DNA from: Polyangiaceae bacterium
Lineage (GTDB): Bacteria; Myxococcota_A; Polyangia; Polyangiales; Polyangiaceae
Length of the DNA stretch: 64,000 nucleotides
NCBI GenBank assembly: GCA_044376115.1
Contig: JBILLK010000003.1
Coordinates: 406,530-470,529 of the forward strand
Direction: 5' to 3'
The position numbers were made by a program, and so were the translations under genes. Each line of letters opens with the position of its first letter. Within the stretch, counting starts at the first letter, position 1. Below the pieces are notes generated by a model, which made no database searches, was not told the origin of the DNA, and saw only the letters and a list, made by a program, of their open reading frames with translations. Shown here piece by piece: positions 1-10,269 of this stretch.

Positions 1-903
1 GCTGCCGTCGCTGTGTACGAGTCGGAGAACACCACCACCAGCGTGATCGGGACGCGGCTCGAGTACTTTTCGGTGCGCGGCTGGACGGTCTCCGATGGTG
101 AGGTTTGGTCGACGAATGCCGAGTCGGTCGCAGACAAGGTGTGTGTGATCGGCGTCGAGACTCGAAAAAAGCTGTTTGGCACCGGCGATCCGATCGGCAA
201 GAACGTGCGCCTCGGCCGCTTCTACTTTCAGGTGATCGGCGTGCTGGAAGAGAAGGGTCAGAGCCCGTTTGGGCAGAACCAAGACGAGATCATCGTCATT
301 CCGATTAGCACCATGCGCAGCTCGATCATTCGTTCCAGACCGAATGAGGTGCACGCGATCTTGTTCAGCGCCACCAGCGCCGAGACGACGAAGCAGGCGA
401 AGCGGCAAGCCGAAGTGATTCTGCGTGATCGGCATCGCCTGCAAGAAGGCCAGGAAGACGACTTCGAGGTTCGAAGTCAGCAGGAGTTCCAAGAGCTGCA
501 GGACACCATCTTTGGCTACCTGACGATGCTGCTCATCGGGGTCGCAGCGGTCTCGCTGGTGGTTGGCGGGATCGGCGTGATGAACATCATGTTGGTGAGC
601 GTCGCCGAGCGCACGCGGGAGATCGGTATCCGCATGGCCATCGGCGCACGTGAGGCCGACATCCTCATCCAGTTCTTGGTGGAGGCCTTGGTACTTGCGA
701 CCATCGGTGGCTTCATGGGCACAGCCATAGGTTGGGCCCTGATCGCCGTGTTTGCGAAGTTGCTCTCGTGGAATATCGGGATGGACGTGAGCACGCTGGC
801 CCTAGCGCTAGGAACCAGCAGCTCGATTGGGCTTCTGTTTGGCTTCTTGCCTGCACGCCGAGCCGCTCGGCTCGATCCGATCAAGGCCCTCGGCCGCGAG
901 TAG
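1..903 (+). CDS. MacB/FtsX-family ABC transporter permease (5' end outside window)
   Basis: VGGIGVMNIMLVSVAERTREIGIRMAIGA and FGFLPARRAARLDPIKAL motifs; frame open from window start. Confidence 0.95.
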   Translation, partial: AAVAVYESENTTTSVIGTRLEYFSVRGWTVSDGEVWSTNAESVADKVCVIGVETRKKLFGTGDPIGKNVRLGRFYFQVIGVLEEKGQSPFGQNQDEIIVIPISTMRSSIIRSRPNEVHAILFSATSAETTKQAKRQAEVILRDRHRLQEGQEDDFEVRSQQEFQELQDTIFGYLTMLLIGVAAVSLVVGGIGVMNIMLVSVAERTREIGIRMAIGAREADILIQFLVEALVLATIGGFMGTAIGWALIAVFAKLLSWNIGMDVSTLALALGTSSSIGLLFGFLPARRAARLDPIKALGRE

Positions 904-969
904 CCGCTGCACAAAATGAGACCGGCGCCTCGCAGGAGACGCCGGTTCCACATCGCTCGTGCGCGAAGG

Positions 970-2772
970 TCAGCCCTTCTTGCCCAGCAGATCCGCGAAG
1001 GTTCCGAACTTCGCCTCGCGGCTAACCTGGTCACGGTACTCCGCGTAGGCGGCCTTCTCAGCGTCTTCCTTCATGGCGCGGATCGACAGCTTGGTCTCTC
1101 CGCGGCGGGTGTCCACCTCGATCACTTTGGCGTCGAGCTTCGTCCCGATCGGGAAGAACTTGCGCAGATCCGTTCCGCGTTGCGTGCCGGTGTGGCCAGC
1201 CGGAATGAAGCCGCGAGCAGCGCGACCGGTGAGGCCGATCACGCGCACGAGCAAGCCCGTCTCTTGCGGATGAACCACCGAGACCTTGACCACGCGGTTG
1301 GGTCCAACGCGCGGCTTGGGCTCATTGGCCTCTTCCTCGGGCGGTGCAGGGTGAAGCGAGATGCGCCGGGTTCCACCGTCGCTCTGCGCCACGATCACGT
1401 CGATCGTGTCGTCCACCTTGAGGATGTCCTTGGGGTGTTGGATCGGCTTGACCGAGAGATCCTGCGTGTAGCAAAGCCCGTCGATTCCCGACTCCAGCTC
1501 GATGAAGGCGCCGAACGGTTGTAGCCGAACGACCTTACCGCTGTGTCGCGTTCCAACAGCGTACTTCTGAAGTACGTCGCCCCACGGATCCGAGGTGATG
1601 GCCTTGCGGCTCAGCCAAAGCTTGCCCTTCTCGTCGATGCGAAGGACCTTCACCTCGACCGGGTCACCAGGCTTGAAAAGCTCATTCAGCTTCGCCGTGC
1701 GATCGTGAGCGGCCTCGGTCGCGTGGACCAAGCCCTCAACGTTGCCGGCCTCCGGCAGCGCGACGAACACGCCCCACTGCATGACCGTGCGCACGATGCC
1801 CTGGTGAATCGACCCTGGGGTCAACACCTTGAGCGCGTCCGCGCGGGCCTGTGCAGCCTCGTCGGCAAGGAACTTCTTGCGCGAAACGACGACATCACGA
1901 CCCTTCTTTTCGTATTGGACGACCTCGAAGTTGAGGCGGCGCCCGACGAGATTCGAGAGGTCGGCGTTGGGCCGAAGTTCCACGTGGGAGGCCGGTGCAA
2001 AGGCGCGAAGTCCATCGAAGTCGACCTCGACACCGCCGCGCACAGCGCCGGTCACGAAGCCCTCGATCATCTCCCCAGCGGTCTTTGCTGCTTCAACCTT
2101 CGCTTTGGCGTCATCCAAGGAGAAAGCGCTGCGTGACATGCGGAGCATGCCGCCACGAACACCGTGGCTCGCGACCGTCGCGATGAATTGGTCACCCGCT
2201 TGCGGGGGCTCGCCGTCGCCGAGCTCACGCCGATCAAAGAGGCCGAGCGCCTTGCCCGCGACATCCACCCAGATCGAATCTTCGGTGACGCGTTCAACTT
2301 TGCCGAAGACCTCTTCACCGATGCGGAAGGGAAGCGGCTCGCGCGGATCAGGCTTGTTGCGACGCTCGCGCTTTTGGCCTTCCTCAGCGGGAGCACCTTC
2401 AACTGCACCCTCCACGGCGCCCTCTGCCGGCGCGCCTTCTGCTCCGCCTTCCTTCTTCTTGCGGCGGCGGCGGCGACGCTTCTTCTTGGCGCCGTCAGCC
2501 GGAGCTGCGCCGTCAGCGGCGCCGTCAGCGGCTGCCTCTCCTGCCTCGGCATCGTCTCCACCTTCGTCGGCACCGTCGGCGTCGTCGCCGTCTGCCGCAT
2601 CAGAGGCGGAGTCACTCTCACTGGTTGATTCGGCCCCAGCAGGTGCTGCCGATGCAGAGTCACCCGCTTTGGAGACGCTCGTCTCCGACTCTTGTGGGGA
2701 CGCCTCACTCGGAACGCCATTCGGCGTTTCGGAGGAGGAGGACTGCTCGGCCTGCTCTTGTTCGGTGCTCAT
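970..2772 (-). CDS. S1 RNA-binding domain protein (ribosomal protein S1-like, about 4-5 S1 repeats) with acidic N-terminal tail
   Basis: Repeated S1 motifs (FGAFIELESGIDGL, WGVFVAL..VEGLVH), C-terminal FGTFADLL; start chosen at ATG 2772. Confidence 0.88.
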   Translation of the reverse strand: MSTEQEQAEQSSSSETPNGVPSEASPQESETSVSKAGDSASAAPAGAESTSESDSASDAADGDDADGADEGGDDAEAGEAAADGAADGAAPADGAKKKRRRRRRKKKEGGAEGAPAEGAVEGAVEGAPAEEGQKRERRNKPDPREPLPFRIGEEVFGKVERVTEDSIWVDVAGKALGLFDRRELGDGEPPQAGDQFIATVASHGVRGGMLRMSRSAFSLDDAKAKVEAAKTAGEMIEGFVTGAVRGGVEVDFDGLRAFAPASHVELRPNADLSNLVGRRLNFEVVQYEKKGRDVVVSRKKFLADEAAQARADALKVLTPGSIHQGIVRTVMQWGVFVALPEAGNVEGLVHATEAAHDRTAKLNELFKPGDPVEVKVLRIDEKGKLWLSRKAITSDPWGDVLQKYAVGTRHSGKVVRLQPFGAFIELESGIDGLCYTQDLSVKPIQHPKDILKVDDTIDVIVAQSDGGTRRISLHPAPPEEEANEPKPRVGPNRVVKVSVVHPQETGLLVRVIGLTGRAARGFIPAGHTGTQRGTDLRKFFPIGTKLDAKVIEVDTRRGETKLSIRAMKEDAEKAAYAEYRDQVSREAKFGTFADLLGKKG

Positions 2773-2926
2773 GGGTGTCACGTAATGGGTCGCAATCACT
2801 GCGTCTCAGCAGTGAGAGCTCGTGTTGACGAAGGGACGCGGAGCCTAGTCGAACCCTGGGAGCATGGCTACGCGTTGATCGGGTTTTTGATTCGGTGCGT
2901 GTCAGAGTTGCTTACCCATCGCTTGT

Positions 2927-4045
2927 TCAGCGAGCGATGGGTAGATGGCGGTTCTTACCTCCCGAGCGATCAATGGGAACCGTCTGCGCTTGCCCTGCGA
3001 GGTTGTGCGCCGTCACGCGGCCGGCGAGCCGCAGCGCCACGTCCCGAAGTACCTTGGCGGCGGGCGACTCGGGGGCTGCTTGCACGATGGGTGTTCCAGC
3101 GTCACCCCATTCGCGGACGGCCAGCTCGATCGGAATCTGACCGAGCAGAGGCGCTTCGGCGAAGTCTGCCACCGCTTGTCCGCCTCCCGAACCGAAGAGC
3201 TCGTGGCGTTTGTCGCAGCCGTCGCACAAGAAGTAGCTCTCGTTCTCGACCACGCCGAGGATGTCGATGCCTACCTTCTTGGCCATCGAGACCGACTTGA
3301 ACACGTCTTGGAGTGCGACCTCTTGTGGCGTGGTGACCACGATCGCGCCCGTCGTACGGAGCTTCTGCGAAATGGTCAGGGTGATGTCGCCCGTTCCTGG
3401 AGGTAGATCGAGCACGAGGTAGTCGAGCGGCCCCCACTCCACGTCTTTCAAAAATTGAAGCAGCGCGCTTTGCAACATCGGCCCGCGCCAGACCACTGCC
3501 TGCCGTGCGTCCTCGAGCAGGAAGCCGAGGCTCATCAACTTGAGGCCGAACCGTTCGAGCGGAAGAAATTTCTTTCCGTCGGCGGAGACAGGTCGGCCGT
3601 TGACTCCGAGCATCGTTGGAATGCTAGGGCCGTACATATCCGCGTCGAGCAAGCCGACCTTTGCACCTGTGCGCTTGAGCGCAAGCGCGAGGTTGGTCGC
3701 GACGGTGCTCTTACCGACGCCACCCTTGCCGCTCATCACCAACAGAATGTTGGCGACGTTTGGACACGGATCATCCGGCCCAATCGTGCGCTTGGTCATC
3801 TCGTACTCATCCATGGCGACGTTAACCGTGGTCGCCCCGAGCTTGGCCAACGCTGCTCGTACTTGTTCTCGTAAGGCGTCGCGATGAAGGTACGCCGGCG
3901 TCATCAAGCGCAGCGCAACCTCGACCTCGGTGTCCGACTTCACCTCGATGCTGCGGATCATGTCCAGCTCCACGAGGCTCTTGTTCGTCTCCGGCTCGAT
4001 CACCGAAAGCAGAGCTTGATGGGCCGTATCTTCCGAGAGCTTCAT
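2927..4045 (-). CDS. apbC: Mrp/NBP35 (ApbC) iron-sulfur cluster carrier ATPase
   Basis: SGKGGVGKST, DADMYGPSIP, WRGPM, DLPPGTGD, CDGC motif; N-terminal DUF59-like segment. Confidence 0.95.
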   Translation of the reverse strand: MKLSEDTAHQALLSVIEPETNKSLVELDMIRSIEVKSDTEVEVALRLMTPAYLHRDALREQVRAALAKLGATTVNVAMDEYEMTKRTIGPDDPCPNVANILLVMSGKGGVGKSTVATNLALALKRTGAKVGLLDADMYGPSIPTMLGVNGRPVSADGKKFLPLERFGLKLMSLGFLLEDARQAVVWRGPMLQSALLQFLKDVEWGPLDYLVLDLPPGTGDITLTISQKLRTTGAIVVTTPQEVALQDVFKSVSMAKKVGIDILGVVENESYFLCDGCDKRHELFGSGGGQAVADFAEAPLLGQIPIELAVREWGDAGTPIVQAAPESPAAKVLRDVALRLAGRVTAHNLAGQAQTVPIDRSGGKNRHLPIAR

Positions 4046-4107
4046 GGCTCGGCCTTAGCGCTGACGCGTTCGACGCGCAATCGTTCGGTCACACCGCTTC
4101 GATGGAA

Positions 4108-4142
4108 CGAAGAAGGCCCACCTCGAGGGCGGGCCTTCTTCG
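4108..4142 (-). terminator. Probable intrinsic terminator hairpin
   Basis: 12-bp inverted repeat cgaagaaggccc / gggccttcttcg just downstream of the 4163 stop. Confidence 0.65.
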
Positions 4143-4162
4143 TGACCAATCGGCCTTCGCGA

Positions 4163-5296
4163 CTACTGAAGCTCGCTCATCACCGAGCCGGAGGCCGAAA
4201 CCGAAACCGTCAGGTTCGACGCGGCATCTCCGATCGCTAGCGCGGCCGGAACGATGCAGAGTGCTGCTTCCGCCGAGAGGTCGCCCTCGATGTTTGCAGC
4301 AGCGCTGACCACGCCGTCAGCCGCTTCGAGCAACAGCTGCGCGCGCTTCTCGGCGATCAGGACGATCTCCGGGAGGTACTTCTTGAGCACCGCGATCTGC
4401 AGGCCAAACTCTGCGGCGCCAACCACCGAGACGGCGGGCGGCGTACACTCGGCTTTGGCGCTCGCGCTGGCATCACACGAGGCCTGGCAATCGGCGTTCA
4501 CGTCGCAAGTAGGGGGCTCGAGCTTGCCGGTGCACTTGGGCGCAGTCGCCGTCCCTTCGCAACCGCCTTTGCACTCGCCATCACACTGGAAGTCCGGCGC
4601 ATCCACCGAGCAAGAGCCGCGGCACTTGCCTTCACAAGTTCCGTCGCACTGGCTGCCGTTCTGCGTACCGGAGCAGGTGCCCTCACACTCGCCCGAGCAG
4701 GTGCCCGAGCAGTTGACTGCGACCGTCGCTGAGCCTTCACAGCTGCCAGAGCAGCTGCCTTCACACTTGACGCTCAACTCGCCTGGATCGCAGCGGACCT
4801 CGACGCTGCCCGGGTCACAAGACGCGTCCACCTGGCAGCTGCCTTCACAGCTTGCCTGAACCTCAGCACTGAAGCTGCACTGCGCCGGCTGGAAGCTGAC
4901 CGTGATGTTTCCAGCAGCCGATACCTCCGCGACCTTGGCTGCGGCCTTGGAGCACCACTGCGTGGTCAGCTCTTGCGGGTCCGTCGTGGTAACGCTCTTC
5001 GGATCTTCCCCGAGCTCCACCGCCATGTTGCGGCACAGCGTACCGAGGTCGGTCAGCATGGCCGTTGCAGCTCCGCTGAGGTCACCAACCGCCTGCATGG
5101 TGACGCCGAACTGGGCATTGACCTCGCCCTCGAGACCCCAGTCGACGTTGAGCATGTTGGTGCCGGGCTTGAAGCTCGAGCAACAAAGCGTGTCGAGCGG
5201 GTTGGACCCGTCGCAGGCGGGCATCAGCGCCATGGGTGCAGCAAGGAGGCCTGCTGCGAGACTCAATTGGGCGTAACGAAGCGAACTGGATTTCAT
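4163..5296 (-). CDS. Cys-rich putative lipoprotein (CxGxC repeats)
   Basis: Signal peptide ending MPAC; many CEGSC/CSGTC repeats; RBS caggag upstream of ATG 5296. Confidence 0.8.
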   Translation of the reverse strand: MKSSSLRYAQLSLAAGLLAAPMALMPACDGSNPLDTLCCSSFKPGTNMLNVDWGLEGEVNAQFGVTMQAVGDLSGAATAMLTDLGTLCRNMAVELGEDPKSVTTTDPQELTTQWCSKAAAKVAEVSAAGNITVSFQPAQCSFSAEVQASCEGSCQVDASCDPGSVEVRCDPGELSVKCEGSCSGSCEGSATVAVNCSGTCSGECEGTCSGTQNGSQCDGTCEGKCRGSCSVDAPDFQCDGECKGGCEGTATAPKCTGKLEPPTCDVNADCQASCDASASAKAECTPPAVSVVGAAEFGLQIAVLKKYLPEIVLIAEKRAQLLLEAADGVVSAAANIEGDLSAEAALCIVPAALAIGDAASNLTVSVSASGSVMSELQ

Positions 5297-5322
5297 CAAA
5301 GCTCCTGAAATTGGTAAGGCGG

Positions 5323-6528
5323 TTAGTTGTTCTTCGCGCATTGGAAACCACCCGGATTCGATAGGAACGGGTAGTAGCAACGTTGGTAAACGCTGGCACT
5401 CGGGTCGACGCCTTCCGGCTCGTCGAGGCACTCGCCCTTTAGACCTGAGGGCGCTTCAGGACAGTCTGCATCGGTGGTGCAGGTGTCGGGGAAACTCGCG
5501 TCGAAGCACGCTTTTTGTCCTGCCGACGTCTCTTGACAGGAGAGCGAGTTGGTCGCCGAGCCGCCACACTGAAGGTCGTTCAAGCAGTTGTAGCAAAAGT
5601 TGTCGGTGGCTGGCGGCTGGCAGGTCCCAGACTTGGGAATGCAGTACTCGGCGTAGCAAGTGTAATCGTGGGGGCAGTCAGAGGGCTGCGCGCAGCGCGC
5701 CGCGCAGGCAGTGATCTGGTCGATCTGCACGCAGTCCATATCGCCACGCAGTGAGCAGTCGGCGTTGTTGGAGCAAGGCGCGCACGGCTCTCGCTTGAGG
5801 CACGCATTGCGCAGGAGCGAGATGGGGCCTTCTTGGAAGGTCGCGCCGTCCTTGTTGAAGTCCGCGGGAGCGACGCAGGGTTGCTCGTCACCCTTACCGT
5901 CCACCCCGCAAATGGCGTTGGGGGGCGCAATCACACCGCAATAGAACCCAGGTCCGCAATCATCGTCGCTCGTGCAATCAAATGAAGAGCAATACGCCTC
6001 AGCGTCCCCTTGGCCCTTGCTGACGCAAGTGAGCGCACGGCACTCGGCCGCAGAGCACGCGTCGGAGCCCACGCCCTCCTCGCAGGTCGTTCCATCCGGG
6101 CAGACCCAGTCCCCAGGGGTATCGGGATTGTCACACTCATTGCCGAACGGGCACAGCCAGCCGAAGAACTTGTTCTTCGGCGATTCGGCGCAAACGAAGA
6201 CGGTGGAACCGTCATTCAAGCCGTCTGCAGTGTCTTGCTTCTCGGGCGCGCACGCCTGAAGCACGTCGTTGCCGGCCAAGGGGGAGAAGCACTCGGTGTG
6301 GGAAGTGCACTGCAGCTTGCAGCGGTTACCAACGCACGTGTTCCCTTCCAAGCACAGGTCGGGGGAGCATTTCCCTTCACACTGGCCATCGACGACTACG
6401 CCGCCTTCGCAGCTCACGCCGCCCGTACCGCCGCCCCCGCTCCCGCTGTCCCCACAGCCAGTGATTGCCCCTGGGGCAAGACAAAAAGCCAAACAGGCGA
6501 AGAAGTTTCGTCCAAACGCGAGCGTCAT
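5323..6528 (-). CDS. Cys-rich putative lipoprotein
   Basis: Lipobox ITGC, Gly-rich linker, repeated CxxxxDC modules; RBS ggagag. Confidence 0.8.
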   Translation of the reverse strand: MTLAFGRNFFACLAFCLAPGAITGCGDSGSGGGGTGGVSCEGGVVVDGQCEGKCSPDLCLEGNTCVGNRCKLQCTSHTECFSPLAGNDVLQACAPEKQDTADGLNDGSTVFVCAESPKNKFFGWLCPFGNECDNPDTPGDWVCPDGTTCEEGVGSDACSAAECRALTCVSKGQGDAEAYCSSFDCTSDDDCGPGFYCGVIAPPNAICGVDGKGDEQPCVAPADFNKDGATFQEGPISLLRNACLKREPCAPCSNNADCSLRGDMDCVQIDQITACAARCAQPSDCPHDYTCYAEYCIPKSGTCQPPATDNFCYNCLNDLQCGGSATNSLSCQETSAGQKACFDASFPDTCTTDADCPEAPSGLKGECLDEPEGVDPSASVYQRCYYPFLSNPGGFQCAKNN

Positions 6529-6712
6529 GTTCTCTCCCAAGGATCGGCTGTTCCGATAAGAGTCCGTTATCATGAAACGGTGGCGGCCCATACGCCAGCG
6601 GTCCCGAGTCCTCAGTTGGAACTGAAAGTTGCTCGAAGATGAAACCTACCGGGCTTGACGACGTAGCCCTATCCGCGGATACTCCTAAGCCTCCCCCTAC
6701 GTCAGGTGACCC

Positions 6713-7417
6713 ATGCGCAAGCTCGCTGTTTACTCCTTGCTCGGATGCCTATCCCTTCTCGCTTCCGCTTGTAACTCGGATACCGACGTCGAATCGGGCG
6801 AGACCCAGACTGAAGCTCCCCCCTTCCCCGAAGGCCAAGGTCAAGCGCCGAACGCGAGCGCTGTTTACCCGGCGGGCCCTTACGGGATCAACCCGGGGTC
6901 GGTCGTGTCGAACTTCAAGTTCGTTGGTTTCCCCACGCCCGATCAAGCGACGGACTCGGCATTCAACGTCTCCCTCTCGGATTTCTACAACCCGACCGGG
7001 AAAGACGTCTTCCCGGAAGGGTCGGCCTACGGAGCAGGTGAGGCGAAGCCCAAGGCGCTCTGGATCATCGTGTCGGCTGTGTGGTGCGGGCCGTGCAACC
7101 AAGAAGCCGCTGAGACTCTTCCTGGCAAGTACACCGAGTACCAACCCAAGGGTGTTGAGTTTCTGTTGAATCTGGCTGACGGCCCGACCCCGGGGATTCC
7201 GGCTGAGTTCAAGCACCTGAAGAACTGGGTCAAAAAGTATGAGACGCGGTTCCCCGCCGTGGTGGACCCGAGCTACAAGCTCAGTGCGCTCTTTCAGCAG
7301 AACGCCTTCCCGGCCAACATGATCGTTGACACGCGAACGATGGAGATCGTCGAGTCGATCGCAGGCGCACCCAACGGTGCCTTCTACGCCAAGCTGGACT
7401 CACTCATCGCAGAGTAG
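6713..7417 (+). CDS. Thioredoxin-fold (TlpA/redoxin-like) lipoprotein
   Basis: Lipobox ASAC; AVWCGPC active site; cis-Pro-like AFPAN. Confidence 0.85.
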   Translation: MRKLAVYSLLGCLSLLASACNSDTDVESGETQTEAPPFPEGQGQAPNASAVYPAGPYGINPGSVVSNFKFVGFPTPDQATDSAFNVSLSDFYNPTGKDVFPEGSAYGAGEAKPKALWIIVSAVWCGPCNQEAAETLPGKYTEYQPKGVEFLLNLADGPTPGIPAEFKHLKNWVKKYETRFPAVVDPSYKLSALFQQNAFPANMIVDTRTMEIVESIAGAPNGAFYAKLDSLIAE

Positions 7418-7543
7418 CTGTCTCCTTCCCCTTGGTTCTAACTGCGCTCGGGCTATAACGGTCCGAGCGCATTTTTGTGGGCTCGACTTGGTTCCCGTGT
7501 GAAAGTCGAGCGTGTTCAGGCCCCTCGCTACCCGGAGCTCCAC

Positions 7544-8101
7544 GTGAAAATCCTGCCTCTCGCCTTGTTGCTCTCCGCCGTTGTTTCAGCTGGCTGCAGC
7601 AGCACCACCACGAACGGCAAGGTCGAGGTAGCTGACGCCGCCTCTGCCCCGAATACAACCGACCCGGCTGCGGCCAAGGGCAACGCCCCCGACTTCACGC
7701 TGCCCACGCTCGACGGGAAAAACGTTTCGCTGTCTGAGCACCAAGGCAAAGTGGTGCTGGTGGACTTCTGGTCGACCACTTGCAACCCCTGCCTCGAGGA
7801 GATGCCGCACCTCGTCGAGATCTACGAGAAGTACAAGGCGAAGGGTTTTGTCATCCTTGCCGTTTCAGGGGACGGCCCTGAAACTCGGAGCAACGTCTCC
7901 ACGGTGGTTCATCAGAAGAAGATGAACTTCCCCGTCTTGATGGATGAAGAGACCACGGTGATTGCCCGATACAACCCCAAGAAGGACATGCCGTTTTGGG
8001 TGCTGATCGACCGGGCGGGAAACATCGTTAAAAAGAAGAACGGCTACGACCCGGGCGATGAAGAGAAGCTAGCCGCCGATATTGAGAGTTTGCTCAAGTG
8101 A
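7544..8101 (+). CDS. TlpA-family disulfide reductase lipoprotein
   Basis: Lipobox SAGC; APDFTLPTLDG..GKVVLVDFWSTTCNPCLEEMP; GTG start at 7544 with ggag RBS. Confidence 0.9.
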   Translation: MKILPLALLLSAVVSAGCSSTTTNGKVEVADAASAPNTTDPAAAKGNAPDFTLPTLDGKNVSLSEHQGKVVLVDFWSTTCNPCLEEMPHLVEIYEKYKAKGFVILAVSGDGPETRSNVSTVVHQKKMNFPVLMDEETTVIARYNPKKDMPFWVLIDRAGNIVKKKNGYDPGDEEKLAADIESLLK

Positions 8102-8132
8102 GCCGAGCCGGCTGCTCGTGAAGAGGGCCCGA

Positions 8133-10199
8133 GTGGTGAAGTTGCGTCTTTGGGCAGGGTTAGCGAGCACGTTGGGGCTCGTATGCAGTCGTGAAGCCCT
8201 GGCCGTGGAGGTTGAGGACGTTGCTGGGGAAACGCTCACCGTTGACGTTACCAATACCGCGATTGCGAATTACCTCTTCGACAATCGCAACGACAGCTCA
8301 ACTACGGTCCCGCCGCCTTCGACGGTCGTCGACGATACCTTCGGCGAGTTCATCGACCACCTCAACCTCTCGGTCTACTACTGGCGTTTCCGGCTCGGAA
8401 TGCGCGTTGACCTTAATACTTATTACGCGCAGCTAGACGATTACGATCTCCGAGACATCGCTAGGGAGCGGTTGCCCCCTGACCCTGGTAATCCCTTTGG
8501 GCCATCGGGCGTAGACCGCTACGACTACGAGAACGCGTTCCGCCGCGAGCTTCACACCCGTTACAAGAATACTATCTACCCGTCGAAGCTCTTTGCCGGT
8601 TACACGGCGCCTGGGGTGGACATCACGATTGGCGATTTCTACGCCCAGCTCGGTCGAGGCATCGTGCTCAGCGTTCGCAAGATCGATGAGGTCGGGCAAG
8701 ACACGACCATCCGCGGCTTCAAGACCTCCTTCAAAAAGAGCTTCGAAGACGGCTCGCTCTCGGTGACTGCGCTTGCCGGTCAAGCCAACCCATTGCGCGT
8801 GGATGACCAAACAGGCCGTCGGCTCCATGGCGCTGGCTCTCTCCTGTTCTTCGGCTTCCCCGAGGCGAAGGACTTTACCTATTACACCTTCGATCAGAGC
8901 GGCGCTGCCGGCTACGTCACGGACAAGGCTCGGCCCAGCTACCTAGAGGACGCGATCTACGGGCTCAGCGTGGAGGCCGGACCAAAGCAGGTGCTGATCG
9001 GCGCGCACTCTTCGTTGATCGTGCGCAAGTCCAACAGCGAATCCTTCATCGATTGCCAAGCCGCCAACGGGCAGGACTGCGCAAGCGCCTTTCCCACCTT
9101 CACGACGCTCAGTGACTCCGCGCTGCGAGACGCGATCATTTCCGCGAGCGGAAGCGTCAATGTGCCCAGCATCGATGGGCATGGTGACGCCTATCTCGAG
9201 GTTGCCGTTCAGCACGCGACCAATGGTCGTGCTACCGCAAAAGACGGTGACGGGTATGTCCGAGTCAAGGACCACACAGGCTACGGAATCTTTCTCAATG
9301 CAACCTTGCGAGAGGGGCCCGTCGCGCTGACGTTCGAGGGCAAGCACTACCACTCATTGTTGCCGCTCTCAGGGAACATCAGCGCAGACTTAGGCGGTAA
9401 CGGTGTATCGGCCGCTCCTGAATTTGGGACGATCGCCTACAACCAGCCGCCTAACGCTGACAGCTTCTACCAAGAGCCGCTCGGCTCGCCCAACATCTGC
9501 ATCACCGGCGGGCGCTTGCGAGCCGACTATCAAGCCAATACCCATACCGGGGTCTATAGCTGGGTAGGCTTCTTCAATAGCCAAACAGAAGAAGACGCAC
9601 GAAACATTGATTGTGAAACCGACGAGCCCTCGAAAGTAACGCGCACGCTCGACGCTGCAAGCGGAACAGACTTGGCGTTCGAGAAGGGGAAAACCTACGT
9701 AAAGGCCTGGATTGGCGGGCGCCAAACCTTCAATGCCGCGCCCGTAGAGAGCGTCAACAAGATCGTGCCCACGGACCAGTTCTACCGTGAAGGCTACATT
9801 CGCTATGACGTAGCAAAGCACCTTGCAGGTGATTTTACTCTTCAGTCCCAGGGCTTTCACCGGCACCGCTATGAGCCTACGCTCTCCGCGAGCTGGTGGA
9901 ATGAAGGCGAGAACTACTTGGCTTTGCGCTGGGCACCTCACTTCGCCTTTATCTTCGGCTTTGAGTATCTCGGTCGGCCAGGCTGCAGTCCCGATGTGGA
10001 CGGTGGAACGTGCTTCTACTTTAGCGGTGGAGCACAGTTCAAAGCCTCCTCGTCGAAAGACAACTTCGCCGAGATGCTCTTTGACACGGTGAACGTCTTC
10101 GTGGGCCAACGCCGCGGCGCGATTCGCTGTGTCTCAGGCGTATGCAGGCAATTCCCTCCGTTTGAAGGGGCCAAGCTCGAGCTGACGTCTCGCTTTTAG
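8133..10199 (+). CDS. DUF6029-like outer-membrane beta-barrel protein
   Basis: Signal peptide; TIGDFYAQLGRGIVL; C-terminal GQRRGAIRCVSGVCRQFPPFEGAKLELTSRF ending in Phe; start uncertain (8118-8136). Confidence 0.7.
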   Translation: MVKLRLWAGLASTLGLVCSREALAVEVEDVAGETLTVDVTNTAIANYLFDNRNDSSTTVPPPSTVVDDTFGEFIDHLNLSVYYWRFRLGMRVDLNTYYAQLDDYDLRDIARERLPPDPGNPFGPSGVDRYDYENAFRRELHTRYKNTIYPSKLFAGYTAPGVDITIGDFYAQLGRGIVLSVRKIDEVGQDTTIRGFKTSFKKSFEDGSLSVTALAGQANPLRVDDQTGRRLHGAGSLLFFGFPEAKDFTYYTFDQSGAAGYVTDKARPSYLEDAIYGLSVEAGPKQVLIGAHSSLIVRKSNSESFIDCQAANGQDCASAFPTFTTLSDSALRDAIISASGSVNVPSIDGHGDAYLEVAVQHATNGRATAKDGDGYVRVKDHTGYGIFLNATLREGPVALTFEGKHYHSLLPLSGNISADLGGNGVSAAPEFGTIAYNQPPNADSFYQEPLGSPNICITGGRLRADYQANTHTGVYSWVGFFNSQTEEDARNIDCETDEPSKVTRTLDAASGTDLAFEKGKTYVKAWIGGRQTFNAAPVESVNKIVPTDQFYREGYIRYDVAKHLAGDFTLQSQGFHRHRYEPTLSASWWNEGENYLALRWAPHFAFIFGFEYLGRPGCSPDVDGGTCFYFSGGAQFKASSSKDNFAEMLFDTVNVFVGQRRGAIRCVSGVCRQFPPFEGAKLELTSRF

Positions 10200-10269
10200 T
10201 CGAGGCTACTTAGGCCTCAGCCGGCCGTTTGCGCTCGAGCGCCGTGTGGTCAGCGCTCGAGCGACTTGC

